From Octopus vulgaris (lineage: Eukaryota), in the NCBI GenBank assembly GCA_951406725.2, contig OX597824.1, positions 84,444,001 to 84,508,000 on the forward strand: a stretch of DNA of 64,000 nucleotides, written 5' to 3'. Made by a program: the position numbers and the translations under genes. Position 1 is the stretch's first letter, and the number at the start of each line of letters is the position of its first letter. This document shows positions 13,435 to 28,139 of the stretch, in pieces. The notes beneath the pieces are model-generated. The model saw nothing but the letters and a program-made list of their open reading frames with translations. It had not been told where the DNA came from and did no database searches.

Positions 13435-15687
13435 CACACATATATACATACATACATTATTCTCTCTTTCCTCTTTCAGGACAGTAAAATGTGTAACTTG
13501 AGAGAGATTTGGCTGTTATGTCTAGCAGTCCAAATGACTGCCTAGGGGCTCCTTCATTGGCGCATATATTTCTTGTGTTAATGGCTACATCTACCCACAC
13601 AGGTTCATTGTTACTGATATCACAGAATGAATTGAACCATTAGGTCCCGGGACCATCTCCTGTCTATTGCAAAACTGGTTTATCTGTTTCAAGTTACTGC
13701 TCTATATTTGTCCCACACTGACTCATTCTGTTATTCTGCTTTATCCAACCAAGTATATAATTCTATTGTTCTGCTGCCCCTATTGTTCTCGGTTGTTCCC
13801 TAGCTCCATCATTCTCTAGTGCTCCCTTTATATCATCCGCTATTGTCCCCTGACTCTATCATTCTAGCATTCAGCTCACTCTAACATTCAACATTCACAT
13901 GTTTCTTACACACTTCTCCTCCTCCTCCTCATCATCATCACCGCCACCACCACCACCACCACCATCATCATCATGAATCTTGGGTTCAATCCCACCCGTC
14001 CACCCACTGCAAGCATCTTATGTCTCTAGGATGGTACCACATTTGGCTTTGTTTTATTTCACATCACTTTGCTGTTATTGGGAATAGATATCAATCAGGT
14101 CATATGTGGAATATTTCAGACGATAGACTGGTATCCTGTTCAGAAGAATTGTCTTTCATCACTGTGTCTCTGAGATGAAACCATTCATCATCATAATCAT
14201 CACATCATCATCATCATCATCATCATCATCATTGGCAGAGTTTATTGAAGCTGATTTTCTATGGTCGGATGCCCTTCCTGTGACTAACTCTAACCTGTTT
14301 CCAAACAAGGTAGTATTTGCCAGTGGCCAGACTTGTTTTTGTGGACTATTGAAAACAAAGGACACAGCTTGTATGACTGTGGCACTTACAACTATCATGT
14401 AATGTCAAGACAAGGAGGCAGAAACACAAACACACACACACACACACATACACACACATACACACACATGCAAACATAGATACATACATATGACAGGTTT
14501 CTTTCAGTTTCTGTCTACTAAATCTACTTATAAGTTTATAGCAGAAGACACTTGCCCAAGGTGCCATGTAATGGGATTGAACCCAAGACCATATAGTTGT
14601 GCATCAAACTTCTAAACCACACAGCCACATCTGTGTCTACGCCATGCTTGTACCTATAATTCCATTATATTTATTAATTTTTGACATTTTTGCACATTGG
14701 TGGTAACCTTCATTCTTGTTTCTTTACTGCCCACAAGGGGCTAAACATAGAGGGGACAAATAAGGACAGACAAAGGGAATAAGTCGATTACATCGACCAC
14801 AGTGTATAACTGGTACTTGATTTATCGACCCCGAAAAGATGAAAGGCAAAGTTGACCTCGGTGGAATTTGAACTCAGAACATGCCAGCAGATGAAATACC
14901 GCTAAGCATTTCGCCCATCGCGTTAACATTCCTGCCAGCTTGCTGCCTTACCTTCATTCTAAACGATAAGCTATTCATTTAATCAGATATGGTGCATCTA
15001 GGACTACATTACCTAACGTGTCCTTCCTGACTATTGTTTAGGCCCAGGTTCATCTAAATCTCACAGACTTATGAGCAAAGTTATTCCAGCTGTGACAATT
15101 CTGTCTTATATTCAGACATATCATACCAAAAAGCTATATTTTTCAAATGTATCTTCTTTTAACAGAGTACCATGTGATTTGAAGGAAATTTGACTGCTAT
15201 CTTTAGCAGGTTGAGTAGTCACATTGAAGCTCCCTTGACAGCCCATAACAATTCTCACCGTTCCCACTAAACCGCCACTCCTTCAGAACTCTCTCAGTAA
15301 CTACAAAACTGAAAACCATGAAGTCCCCTCCACTTCACTCCAGATAGGGGTATCTTTACTATTTATGAAAAAGCATATGACTACAAAATCTACCCCATCT
15401 TAAAAAGTAACCCCCTCACTACCCCACTGTCCCACTTCACCTTTGAGGAGTATCTTTACTTGAGAATATATGAAATAAAATAAAAAAAAAAGACCCTTGT
15501 TACTTGCACTCCAGATCCTCCCTTCTCCCCAACAGCTGTGGTGTCTGTCTGTCTACCAAATTTAGATATATTTCTAAATATACTTGTTTCATTCTCTGCT
15601 GATTATCTCTGACTTCTTATTCTGGAAGTATTAAACCCTCTTCAACACTACAGGGGTGTAGATTCAGGACATTTATGGGTGTACATT

Positions 15688-15701
15688 ATGTGTGTGTGTG
15701 T

Positions 15702-15771
<70 letters not shown>

Positions 15772-15858
15772 ATTATCATTATCATCAGCATCATCATCAT
15801 GTATATATATATATATATATCTTTAATATGACGTATATACAAATACAAGTGTGTGTGT

Positions 15859-15907
<49 letters not shown>

Positions 15908-15986
15908 CATACATATATATATATATATAATATGATGTATATACAAATACAAGTGTGTATGTGTGTGTATACATATATATACATAT

Positions 15987-16040
<54 letters not shown>

Positions 16041-16457
16041 ATATATACATATACATATATATATATATACACATATACATATATATATATATACACACAC
16101 ACACAAATGCATATATATATATGTGTGTGTATGTGTATGTTTATACATACACACACACACACATGCATATATATATATGCATTTGTGTGTGTGTGTGTGT
16201 ATGTATGTGACTTTGTCTTTTTTTATTGTGATAGTATTTGTGCAGAGCAGACACAAATTGGATTTTGTTCTACTTCACACAGTTGCCACAATTTTTCAGT
16301 TTGGTTTTTATGTGTTTGTTTTATTTATTCGTAGCACTTTCTTCTCAGTATTTGGGATAAACATGTAGGTGTGTGTGTGTGTATGTATGTATGTATGTAT
16401 ATGTGTGTGTATATACATATATGTACATATATGTGTGTATGCATGTATATATACATA

Positions 16458-16552
<95 letters not shown>
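15688..16552. repeat. Compound (TG)n/(TA)n/(CA)n microsatellite field
   Basis: Direct inspection. Confidence 0.97.
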
Positions 16553-16555
<3 letters not shown>

Positions 16556-18289
16556 TAAATTAGAGATAAAACCACTATTAGGCAAATTAAACAGTGAAAA
16601 TCATAAGCCAATACATAGAAATAAAATTAATAAAAAATATAAAATATATATGTATGTATATGTATATATATGTATATGTGTGTGTGTGTGTGTATACACA
16701 TACATATTGCAGGCATGGCTCTGTGGTTAAGAAGCTTGCTTCCTAACCATATGGTCTTGGGTTCAGTCCTACTGTATGACACTTTGGGCAAGTGTCTTCT
16801 GCTATTGCTCTGGAGCTGACCAAAGGGCTGGTAGGCAGAAATTCAAGGAAAACTCATTATATGTATGTACATGCCTCTGTGTGTGTGTGTGTATGTACAT
16901 CTTCGTCTTTACATCTTATAATGGTTTTGAACAAGTATCACCATCATACAAGCGATCCTTGTTTCCAGTCCTCGCTTGGAAATAGGTGAGGATTGGTGAT
17001 AGGCTGTAGAAAAACCTGCCTCAAACTCCATCTGACCGCATGCAAGTATGGGAAAGTGCACATCAAATGATGTTGATGGTTTCTTCATTTGCTGCTGACT
17101 TATATAAAGTTTTTGCTTTCTCAGGAATATTGATTCATGCTGTTTATTTTGATTTAATTTTGTCTTTACTTTTATTTTGTTTGCAGACAAAATGGTGGTG
17201 TTTAGTTACATCGCTCAACATTCATCATCATCATCATCATCATCATCTTCATTCAATGTTCGCTTTTCTATGCTTGCATGGGTCAAACAGAATTTGTTGA
17301 GGTAGGTTTTCTGTGACCAGACAACCTCAGTTTCTAAGCAAAGTGATGTCCTCTTCCATGAAAAACATGCCAGACATGCTTTTCATGGAATACTGGAAAC
17401 GAACAAGTTTGCTTCTATAATGGTGATGCTTACTTATGATCATCATGTGATGTCTAGGAAAAGGTACACATGCATGCACACACACACACGATGGCTTCTT
17501 TCAGTTTCCATCTATCAAATCTATTCACAAGACTTTTATCAGCCTGGGGTTATAGAAAAAGACACCAAATAAGCCATGCAATGGGACTAAACCCAAGATC
17601 ATATAATTGTGAAGCAAGCTTCTTTTCTACACAGCTATCTTTGCACCATGTTTGCCTTTTGTAATCCGATGTATTGTAATAAAATAAATTCCAATTAGGA
17701 GAGACTTAATCTGAAGGAGTAGACTTAATCTGTTGCCTCATTTAAAACTACTCTATAGCCTGCCTGTGTTTTAGTGGAATCTTCTCCATTACAAGCATTT
17801 GAGTCAGCGGTCCAATCTGAGAATACCTTCTTCCTGCTAATGACAGACACCCTGAAAATGGGAGAAAGTTTCAGTCAATTATATATATACTCTTACTCTT
17901 TTACTTGTTTCAGTCATTTAACTGCGGCCATGCTGGAGCACTGCCTTTAATCGAGCAAATCGACCCCGGTACTTATTCTATCGGTCTCTTTTGCCGAACC
18001 ACTAAGTAGTGGGGACATAAACACACCAGCATCGGTTGTCAAGCAATGCTAGGGGGACAAACACATACACACAAACACACACATGCATATATATATATAT
18101 ATACATATATACGACGGGCTTCTTTCAGTTTCCGTCTACCAGATCCACTCACAAGGCTTTGGTCGGCCCGAGGCTATAAGTAGAAGACACTTGCTCAAGG
18201 TGCCGTGCAGTGGGACTGAACCCAGAACCATGTGGTTGGTAAAAAAGCTACTTACCACACAGCCACTCCTGCGCCTATATATGTGACCA

Positions 18290-18600
18290 TCTGCCACTTC
18301 AGGAAGGCTTTTTTCCTCTGTCCTCAACACTGGGCTGTCCGTCCTCTTCCGGATCTTCTTTGTTTTGAAGTGTCTTTGATGTTTCTGTAACTTCGTCGTT
18401 TTCTAGGTGTGTTGGCCTTATGCAAGTCCATTTTACCTCTGCAAAGAGGTGGTCCATTTTAGTCTGGCCTCTGTACTTTGATCTATCCAACATGGAGGGG
18501 CCATACCTGTAGTGTGTTCTCTGCTGGCATAGCTCTGAGGGTCATTGAGGCACACAAGCCACCACAATGCAACAAGGGCTGCACCTTGTGGTGGATAAGC
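18290..18600 (-). mobile_element. Possible RTE (Expander/Rex3-like) 5' region remnant
   Basis: GGCTTGTGTGCCTCAATGACCCTCAGAGCTATGCC recalls RTE 5' UTRs. Recognised from memory only. Confidence 0.35.
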
Positions 18601-18839
18601 AACACTACGGAGAAAAAAGGAAAAAAATAAATGTGTAGAAAATTGCTGTGGTGGGGAAATATGGTCGTCATCATCATCGTCATCGTCATCAACATCTGTT
18701 TTCCACTTTCAAATGGGCAGGACTGTTTGACAGGGGCTAGCAAGCTGGAGAGCTGCACCAGGATCCAATTGTCTGTTTTGGCATGGTTTCTATGACTGGA
18801 TGCCCTTCCTAATGCCAGCCACTTTACAGAGTGTACTGG

Positions 18840-19087
18840 GTGATTTTTATGTGGCACCAGCACCAATGCTACTATGTGGTGCCAGCACTGGTGCTTTATA
18901 TGTGGTCCCAGTGTGGATGCATCTTATGTAGCACCAGTACCGGTGCCTCTTGCATGGCACTAGCATGAGTACTTTTTAAGTGGTACCAGCACAAGTGCTT
19001 TTTATATGGCACCAGCACGAGTCTTTTTACGTGACACCAGCATGGATACTTTTCGTGTGGCACTGGCTTTTACAGGGCACCAGCATG
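18840..19087. repeat. Degenerate ~26-bp minisatellite (GTGCTTTTTATGTGGCACCAGCAC-like), about nine units
   Basis: Periodic GGCACCAGCA variants directly after an RTE-tail module. Confidence 0.7.
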
Positions 19088-20354
19088 TAAAAGGTGTTAA
19101 AAAATGGTATTTATATTTATTTATTTATTGCCCACTGGGGGCTAAACATGGAAGGGACAAACAAGGACAGACAAAGGGATTAAGTCGATACTTATTTAAT
19201 TGACCCTGAAAGGATGAAAGACAAAGTCAACCTCGGTGGAATTTGAACTCAGAACTTAATGGCAGACGAAATACCACTAAGCATTTCGCCTGGCGTTCTA
19301 ACGAGTCTGTCAGCTTGCCATCCTGAAAGCATTTATATTCCTTTTATGGGAAAAACAAGCCAAATCAATATTAGTAGGAATTTTAATCAAAGAAAAAAAA
19401 AAAAAGAAAGAAAGAAAGAAAGAAAAAAGGTAGGTTTAATGGATTATTAAGAAAAAGGAAGGAACCCACTAATTCCAGGGTCAGTAATTGTAACAATAAA
19501 GGGATATATACAAAGTTTAATTTAAAAGGGCTTGGGATTTAGATTTGTAAAACAGTTAAAATAATGAGGTTTGAGGAAAATAAGTTGAGAATTTCTCGAT
19601 GTAATTTAGAGTGGTGTTTATACAATTAATTACGTAAAAGTAATTAGAAGCTAGTAACTGGTAAAGTGTGTGGTGAGTGACACAGAAATAAAAAAGCTGA
19701 CAACTTTAAGTTAAAATACGTATATAAAAAATAGATTGGAGTTCAAGTTAAAGAGTTCTAGCATTAAAACATATGTGTGAAAGAAATTCGAGGGAATATT
19801 TTAAACTAATTTATAAGCGAGAGAAGTTTGTGTTTGCTTATATATGGCATTGAAAGAAATAGCTAGAGTTTTTATGTTTGGATTAGAAAGAAGAGTGAAA
19901 AAATTATGGGAGGTAATTAAGGGGGCAAAAAAAACAGTAGAGTAATATATATATATATATATATATATACATGCCTACTTGCATATATATATAAATCAGA
20001 AGTAATTAACTCCGTTAATTACTTTACTGGCAGTAATGAAAAAAATAGACATGCACACACACACACACATATGCATATATATGCATTCATATACTCATAG
20101 ATGTATATGAATATAAGCTACAAGTAAACAGAATATTGAAAGATAGATAAATGTATATGAAAAATATATGTGAGGAAATAGCTTTAAGCTAATTTGATAG
20201 ATGAGAAACTTATGCTGTTTACTTATATTAGGTGCTGAAAGTAATAGTTAGATGTTCGTCTTCAGGTTCAAGATGGAACATATGGGAGGCAAATAACAGA
20301 GATAAGTGATAGAGTGTTGAAATATATGTATGTGTATATATGTATATATATATC

Positions 20355-20934
20355 ATCACCATCATTGTTGTCGTTTAATATTCGCTTTCCATGCTGGCAT
20401 GGGTTGGATGGTTTGACAGAAAACTGGTAAGACAGGAGGCTTTTTTCATGCCACCGACACAGGATGGTTTGACTGAGAACTGGTAGGACAGGAGGTTGTA
20501 CCAAGCTCCAATCTGATTTGGCAAGTTTTCTACAGCCAACCATTCCAAGAGCCAGTCATGTGACACTTGCATCGGCCATGCTCAAATGGTGCTTTTTATG
20601 TTCCACCAGCGTGGGTGCCAGTCAGGCAGCATTGGCATTGGTTACAACTACAATTTCACTCAGTGCAACAGGTCTTCACAGGCACAGCATATTGCCCAAC
20701 GATTGAAAGGTGCTTTTAAACAGGCCAGTTATGCGATACTAGCATCGGCCATGACTATGATCTCACTTGGCTTGCTGTGTCTTCTCAAGCATCACATATC
20801 TCCAAAGGTCTCAGTCACTTGTCATTGCCTCTGTGAGGCCCAATGTTCGATGGTTGTGCTTCACCACCTCATTCTGTGCCTACCTCTTCCACAGGTTCCT
20901 TCCATTGATAGGGTGTGACACTTCTTCACACAGC

Positions 20935-20938
<4 letters not shown>
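20355..20938 (-). mobile_element. Degenerate 5'-truncated RTE copy
   Basis: Similar to the LINE C-terminal coding end (gtgcttcaccacctc, ctcttccacaggttcc) and its 3' tail. Confidence 0.8.
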
Positions 20939-20979
<41 letters not shown>

Positions 20980-21579
20980 TGCAAGTAGCATGATTTTTGA
21001 ATGTCGGGCCTCATGTTTTGGGTTTAGTCATATTGTGCAGCACCTTGGGCAAGCAGCTGCTACCATGACCCCAGGCCAACTAATGCTGTATAAGTGAATT
21101 TGGTAGATGGAGACTGTGTGGAAACCCACCATGTGTGAGTGTGTGTTTGTCTGTGTGTATGTGTGTGTGTATATATTTATATTTATTTCATTTTTAAAAA
21201 ATTTCATCTAGTTTCAGGTCACGTGCTGTGGCCATGCTGGGGCACTGCCATATATATATGTGTGTGTGTATATATATATATAGGGAGAGGAGAAAGACAC
21301 ACATATACATATATACATACACAGACATACATATACATACCTACACACACACACACATATATGTTCATATATGTGTGTGTTTATGTTGCATTTGTGTCCC
21401 CCGCCTACTGCTTGGCCACCATTGTTGGCTTGTTTACATTCCTGTAACTTAGTGGCTCAATTGAATAATTTCCAGATTAAAAACAATAATTATTGGGGGC
21501 AATTTGTTCAGTTAAAACTCCTTCTTGGTGGTGCCCATCCCTGCATGGCCACAGTCAAAATGACTGAAAGAAGCAAAAG

Positions 21580-21676
<97 letters not shown>

Positions 21677-23266
21677 GTATACATGCAAGCAAATATAATT
21701 ATACTTGTGAACTTAGACAAAAGCATGGTATATTGCTTTGACTGAATAAGACTTAGTGTAAATAACTAATCAATAAATAATGGTAGACCAGGAAACAAAC
21801 ATGCGATCATTTAATAAACTAATGGAGACTGGAATAAATATTCATGCACATGCCTGAACTTGCATAAACACATGTACCCATACATCCTTATGTGTGTATA
21901 TGTGTATATACATACTTATACACACGCACACACATGCACACACAATTACTTAAGAATTCAAATACTGTTGAAAAAAATAACAAACTAGATCAAAATAATT
22001 TTATGCTGGTATGAAAACATTCATTTTTAGTGTAAATTGTGTATTAGGATCTTGTTGAAGAGAATTTCAAAGCTCTCAGTGGTGCAAACTTTTTTGCTTT
22101 CTATATGCTTTTCCTCTGAAAAGAATATTCTGTTTTATGTTTATTGGCTTTAATTTTTCATATCCCAAATAATGCTGGGAAATGAAGTGCCATTTCTTCT
22201 ATGAAGATTTCAAAACCTGTGTGTATGTTAGCTGAAATGGATTTTAAATTCATTAAGTAAACCTGGTAAGGGAGGTACTTAATGTTGATTTTATCATCAT
22301 CATCATCATCATTTAACGTCCGCTTTCCATGCTAGCATGGGCTGGATGATTTGACTGAGGACTAGCGAACCAGATGGCTGCGCCAGGCTCCAATCTGATC
22401 TGGCAGAGTTTCTATAGCTGGATGCCCTTCTGCCCTTCCTAACGCCAACCACTCCGAGAGTGTAGTGGGTGCTTTTAAAGTGCCACCGGCACAAGGGCCA
22501 GTCTAGCAATGGCCACGCTTAAAATTGGTGTTTTTTACATGCCAACTGCACAGGAGTCAGTCCAGCAGCACTGGCAATGACCTCGCTCGAATGTTTTGTT
22601 CACGTGCCACCGGCACAAGTGTCAATGAGGCGACGCTGACAACGATCACGCTCAAAAGGTGCTCTTTACGTGCCAGACAGCTGCTCTGGCAGTGATCCCG
22701 CTTGGATGGAGCTGTTAGCGCTCCACTGGCATGGGTGCCAGTCATCGAATTTGGTTCAATTTCGATTTTATATGAATTTCAAAACCTGTATTGGAGTGTT
22801 AACCCTTACACAAACCCATTTTTATCCTCTGGGAAGAGGTAATGTATATCGGTCTGGCCCCTGTCATTTAACCTGTCCAATATAAGAGGCCCTATGAGGA
22901 ACATGCACTTTGTTGGTAAAGATCTCAGGGTCATTGAGACATATAAGTCACCACACCAAAACAAGAACTGGACCTTGTAGTGGATATATATATATATATG
23001 TGTGTGTGTGTATGAGTGGGGGGAACATAAATCTGTACTCCTGGGGCTTCATGAATCCAAAAGAAACTTCCTAAACTTCCTAAACTCTTAGCCATGCCTA
23101 CTTCTTTACATTCACACCGACACACATCATTATTCTTTGTTCTTACATAAATGCTTATCTCTTCTTTTACTTCTAAATTGAATCTCAATAAATATCCTGA
23201 ATCAATGAGAATGTTTTGTATGGTTGCCTGGCCTGTTAAAAATAGCAGTTAAATCTTCAAATCACT

Positions 23267-23497
23267 GACAGCGAGCTGGCAGAAACGTTAGCACATCGGG
23301 CAAAATGCTTAGCGGCATTTCGTCTGCCGTTACGTTCTGAGTTCAAATTCCGCCGAGGTCGACTTTGCCTTTCATCCTTTCGGGGGTCGATAAATTAAGT
23401 ACCAGTTATGCACTGGGGTCGATGTAATCTACTTAACCCCTTTGTCTGTCCTTGTTTGTCCCCTCTATGTTTAGCCCCTTGTGGGCAATAAAGAAAT
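23267..23497 (+). mobile_element. SINE family B (others near 14725-14950, 19125-19320, 30248-30465, 42495-42895, 45950-46330, 52505-52708, 57258-57472, 62020-62205, 63913-64000)
   Basis: GGCGAGCTGGCAGAA...GAGTTCAAATTCC (B box)...GCCTTTCATCCTTTCGGGGTCGATAAA...AGCCCCTTGTGGG, repeated across the window. Confidence 0.9.
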
Positions 23498-24198
23498 TTT
23501 TAAAATTTTCAAATCACAGGATATTTTGGATAGTCTAGGCTTAGCTTTGTATCAGGGAGAAACAAAAACAAAAAAAAGAGCAGGATGGAGAAAACTGGAG
23601 CACTTTTGATCATAGGTATTTTCTTTTTATTGCTGTGTCAAGATGAAGGGAAATATCCATGACCCTTTTCAGAGTCCCTTGAAACTGTTACGCTTTTACT
23701 CGTTTCAGTTATGTGACTGTGGCCATACTGGAGCACTGCCTTTAGTCGAGCAAATCGACCCCAGGACTTATTCTTTGTAATCCTAGTACTTATTTTATCG
23801 GTCTCTTTTGCCGAACTGCTAAGTTACGGGGACGTAAACACACCAGCATCGGTTGTCAAGTGATGATGGGGGACAAACGCAGACACACAAACATATACAC
23901 ACATGCACACACACACACACACATATATATATTTATATATGTGTATATATATATATATATACATATATACGATGGGCTTCTTTCAGTTTCTGTCTACCAA
24001 ATCCACTCGCAAGGCTTTGGTCGGCCCGAGGCTATAGTAGAAGACACTTGCCCAAGGTGCCACGCAGTGGGACTTAACCCAGAACCATGTGGTTGGTAAG
24101 CAAGCTACTTACTACACAGCCACAAAAATAGAGACATTGTCCAAATACATACAACAAAATGAATTTCACTAAAAATGCCCTAGAACCGCATAGTGATA

Positions 24199-24645
24199 TT
24201 AATCCTTTAGCATTCAGATTATTCTGTCAAATGTAATGCTTATTTATTCATATTGTTTTGCATTAATTATGCACTGTCTTATAGCTTTGAGATTTCAATG
24301 ATGTGATTGTTTGTTTTTACAATGACATTGTAGGGCAGGTGTAAGCGGCCAATTCCTGGCTGGTTTGAATGTAATGTAGGTAGAATATTTGGGCCAGATA
24401 TATATATATTAATGTAATGAAATTATTGTATACAGTGCTCAGGTGCACCACAACTTGTCAAAAGTGTGTATAAAGCATATGCAGTAATGTACAAATGTCT
24501 GGAAAGTGAACAGTGTATGAGTCAGATACGTGCTTGCGTGTGTATGGAGGGGAGAAAATCAGGTGTAGTGTTGGCGAATCTCAGGAAGCATGGAAGTTTT
24601 GAAGGATGCAGTGCTCCGAGACCAGTTTAAATGCTAACAGGTTAA
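24199..24645. mobile_element. TTAA-flanked MITE with a ~220-bp nested insertion
   Basis: TTAATCCTTTAGCATTCAGA ... AAATGCTAACAGGTTAA. Unrelated insert at ~24400-24620. Confidence 0.75.
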
Positions 24646-26384
24646 CCTGGATGATTGATTAAGTCAACCACCTCAGTAGACTTCAGTGAGAATTGAACTT
24701 AAAATCCATAACAAATGCTGCGAGACATCTGTCTCCCGTCCTATGTACAAAAACACAGGACAAAATAACAATAATATCAATGAATATCAAATTGCTAACA
24801 CTGAATCCTTACAAAAACTTCTAATTCTGTGCTAGATTACAGCTCAGTCTAGGTCTGGGTGTGTTAGAAGCTGATGTTGCTAAAATGTAACATTTGCTAA
24901 GATATCTGTCAATATTTATATTTGATAAAAATGTTATCTTTCAATTATAGAACTCATCAGACCACACATGTCACATGGTGGCCTTCACCTACAAAACAAA
25001 CAAATGAAGGACAGAAACACTTACCACAGAAGCAAATCTCAAGCTTCTTTTTTTTTTCCTTTTTTTTCTTCCTTTTTTTTTTTTTTTGCTTAATCAGTGG
25101 AGGAAATGCATAACTTATCAAGGCCTCAATGGCTTGGTGCATCAGGGAAAGGGTGGGGGGCACTAGGTCATTAAAACTCAAAGCATCTGCTGGGAGGAAA
25201 GGAGGAAGTTATCTTCAGACCAGAGACCTGGCCTAGGTGCCTGCAAAAGAGTAGACTCTGCTAAAGGCACCCAAGGACCAGATGGTGGCATTAAACCAGA
25301 TGATAAAACAGAGTCTTTCAAACATGTGCTCTACCTCTGGTGGTGAATTTGCCATTAAAAGGGAGACAATATCATCTCTTTTAAACGAAGTTGCATGTGT
25401 AATTTTTAATTTTTTTTCTTACTCAAACTAAAGTAAAATCCCTAAATTTATGGGGTTTTTTGTCATTGGTAACCGCTCTTTTAGAATCATCAGCACAGCA
25501 TAACTTGAGGCACAAATTAATTAGACTAAATTGAACATTCTATGAAGTTTCATAAAAAGGAGAGAAGATGGATGATAGTTTATAGTTTTAAAAACATATT
25601 TCATCTTTTTCTTTCTTCATCTTAGATCATTAATTGTTTAGGGTCCGTTACTGCAAAACACGAGTAGCTCATATAGCAGGCCCAGTTTCTGTCAACCAAA
25701 TTTTACTCACAAGTCTTCTGTCGATTTGAGGTTATATTTGAAGAAAAAGTAACAATGAAGTGAGCCACATACCCTCATGGTCGTGCTTTCTGCATTGATA
25801 ATAGCTAGCTATTGAAACTCTCCTTTCGTACTGACTCTTTAACATTACAGGTAAGAAGCTTGCCTCCCAACCAGTGGTCTTAGGTTCAGTTCCAATGTGC
25901 AGCACCTTGGACAAGTGTTTTCTATTGTAGCCCAGGTTAACCAAAGCCTTTTGAGTGGACTTCGCAGATAGAAACTGAAAGAAGCCCATCATACATATAT
26001 GTGTATATATATATCTTTGTGGATGTGTCCTTTGTGTTTATGAACCACTACTGCTTTATATCTGGTGTTGGTTTGCTTACATTCCTATAACTTAGTGCTT
26101 CAGTAAAAGAGACCGACAGAATAAGTACCAGACTTTAAAAATAGATACTGGGGTTGATCTGGGTTGATCACCTTTTCAAGGTGATGCCCCAGCATTGCCA
26201 CAGTCCAATTACTGAAACAAATTGAAGAGTGTAGGCAATTTGACTCAGCACCACATGATTTAATGTCAGTGTGTAAATGCTCACACGTATCTATACATAT
26301 ATTCTATAACTAAAAAAATTGTTAAAATAAGATACCGCAATCTACTGTTAGACATCCTGGTTGTGACTAAAGGTTTTTATTTAT

Positions 26385-26803
26385 ACCTATTTCTTTATTA
26401 CCCACAAGGGGCTAAACATAAAGGGGACAAACAAGGACAGACATAGGTATTAAGTAGATTACATCGACCCCAGTGCATAACTGGTACTTAATTTATCGAC
26501 CCCGAAAGGATGAAAGGCAAAGTCGACCTTGGCGGAATTTGAACTCACAACGTAACGGTAGACGAAATACCTATTTCTTTATTACCCACAAGGGGCTAAA
26601 CACAGAGGGGACAAACAAGGACAGACATAGGTATTAAGTCGATTACATCGACCCCAGTGCATAACTGGTACTTAATTTATCGACCCCGAAAGGATGAAAG
26701 GCAAAGTCGACCTCGGCGGAATTTGAACTCACAACGTAACGGCAGCCAAAATACCGCTAAGCATTTCACCCGATGTGCTAACGTTTCTGCCAGCTCGTCA
26801 CCT
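26385..26803 (-). mobile_element. SINE family B with an internal tandem duplication of the ~185-bp body
   Basis: Two near-identical consecutive units, each starting at atacctatttctttattacccacaagggg. Confidence 0.85.
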
Positions 26804-27420
26804 TAATTTTATTTATACCATCGATTTGTTAACTGTATATTAGACACACGCATTCATACACACACATGTAGCTGTATTTTTGTTCTCTTATCAGATTGGT
26901 GTTTTGTCACAAGTACAGCCAGCTTGTGAGCAAGTCACGAAAATAAACTTCAAAATTGTTATAATTTGAAACTCTCTACTTGGGAATTTACAGTTGTTTG
27001 AAATGATTTTTAAATAATGTGATACTCAGCTTCTTTTTTCCCGTGTCGCTGCCTGGGCGTTTTTCGGGCTTAAAAATAACAGAATCTATCCTCGTTTATG
27101 GAGTTAGTTTTTTAAAAAAAAACAAAAAAAAAACAGTGATAAGTGAATCATTTCCACAAACTTTGTGATTGGAATGAATGGTAGATTCATGGACAGCAGA
27201 CTTGTGACACATAGCAGCAGACCTTTTCTTGATCGTATCTACCTTTTCCTGTGGAGAATAAACTTATCTGCATCGTTTGTTAGGATAAGGCATTTTCATA
27301 TCTCTTATATTCACTGATCCCATTTTGAGGCTTACAAAGAATAAGTCCTGGAGTCAATAGGCTCAACTAAAGGCAGTGATCCAGCATGGCCACAGTCAAA
27401 TAACTGAAACAAGTAAAAGA

Positions 27421-27457
<37 letters not shown>

Positions 27458-27508
27458 TGAATAAATAATTAAATGAAGTTGAATGAAGATGTTAATAAAA
27501 TTCCTTTA

Positions 27509-27590
27509 CTTTCGACATGTGTTTCGAAGACAACATGGTTTTATTCCAAAGGAATAAATGGTGTAAGATGCAATCTTCTCATCAGGAAAG
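27509..27590 (-). ncRNA. Type I hammerhead ribozyme motif
   Basis: CUUUC-CUGAUGA-GAAGA...UCUUC-GAAA-CACAU-GUC-GAAAG: helix I and helix II paired, minimal helix III, GUC triplet. Confidence 0.8.
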
Positions 27591-28105
27591 AAAGAGGGCC
27601 TCTCTCAACAACAAGACATCATAACAATTACGATATATAATGGGCTTCTGCATAGTTTACATCAAACAAGTTTCTCCGAAAATTATGCAGTAGTTGGCAG
27701 TCCCATTCAACCCAAGCCAGAATGAAAAAGTAGGGCATAAAAATAATGAGAGAATATAACAATATCTATGTATATATTCTTCAGTTGTTGAGTCTCAGCA
27801 GATGATGACAAGTGACTAAGACGTCTGGTGATTTGCAGGTGCTTGAGCAAACACGTCAAGCTAAGTGAAATCATGGCCTTGATCATAGTCAGTGCTAGTG
27901 ATAAGTAAAAGACACCCATGCTGGGGACACGTAAAGGACATCCAGTATACTCTGTAAAATGGTTGGTGTTAGGAAGGGTATCCAGCCATACAAACCAAGC
28001 CAAAACAGGTGACTGGAGCCTGGTGCAGCTCTCCAGCTTGCCAGCTCCAGTCAAACTGTCTGACCCATGCCAGCTTGGAAAATGGACGTTAAATGATGAT
28101 GATGA

Positions 28106-28139
<34 letters not shown>

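Noticed and set aside
18840-19087. CRISPR-like array
   Set aside because: Units are degenerate and contiguous with no unique spacers; eukaryotic context with no cas genes.
24930-24965. CUGAUGA...GAAA on the minus strand
   Set aside because: Helices I and II do not pair convincingly.
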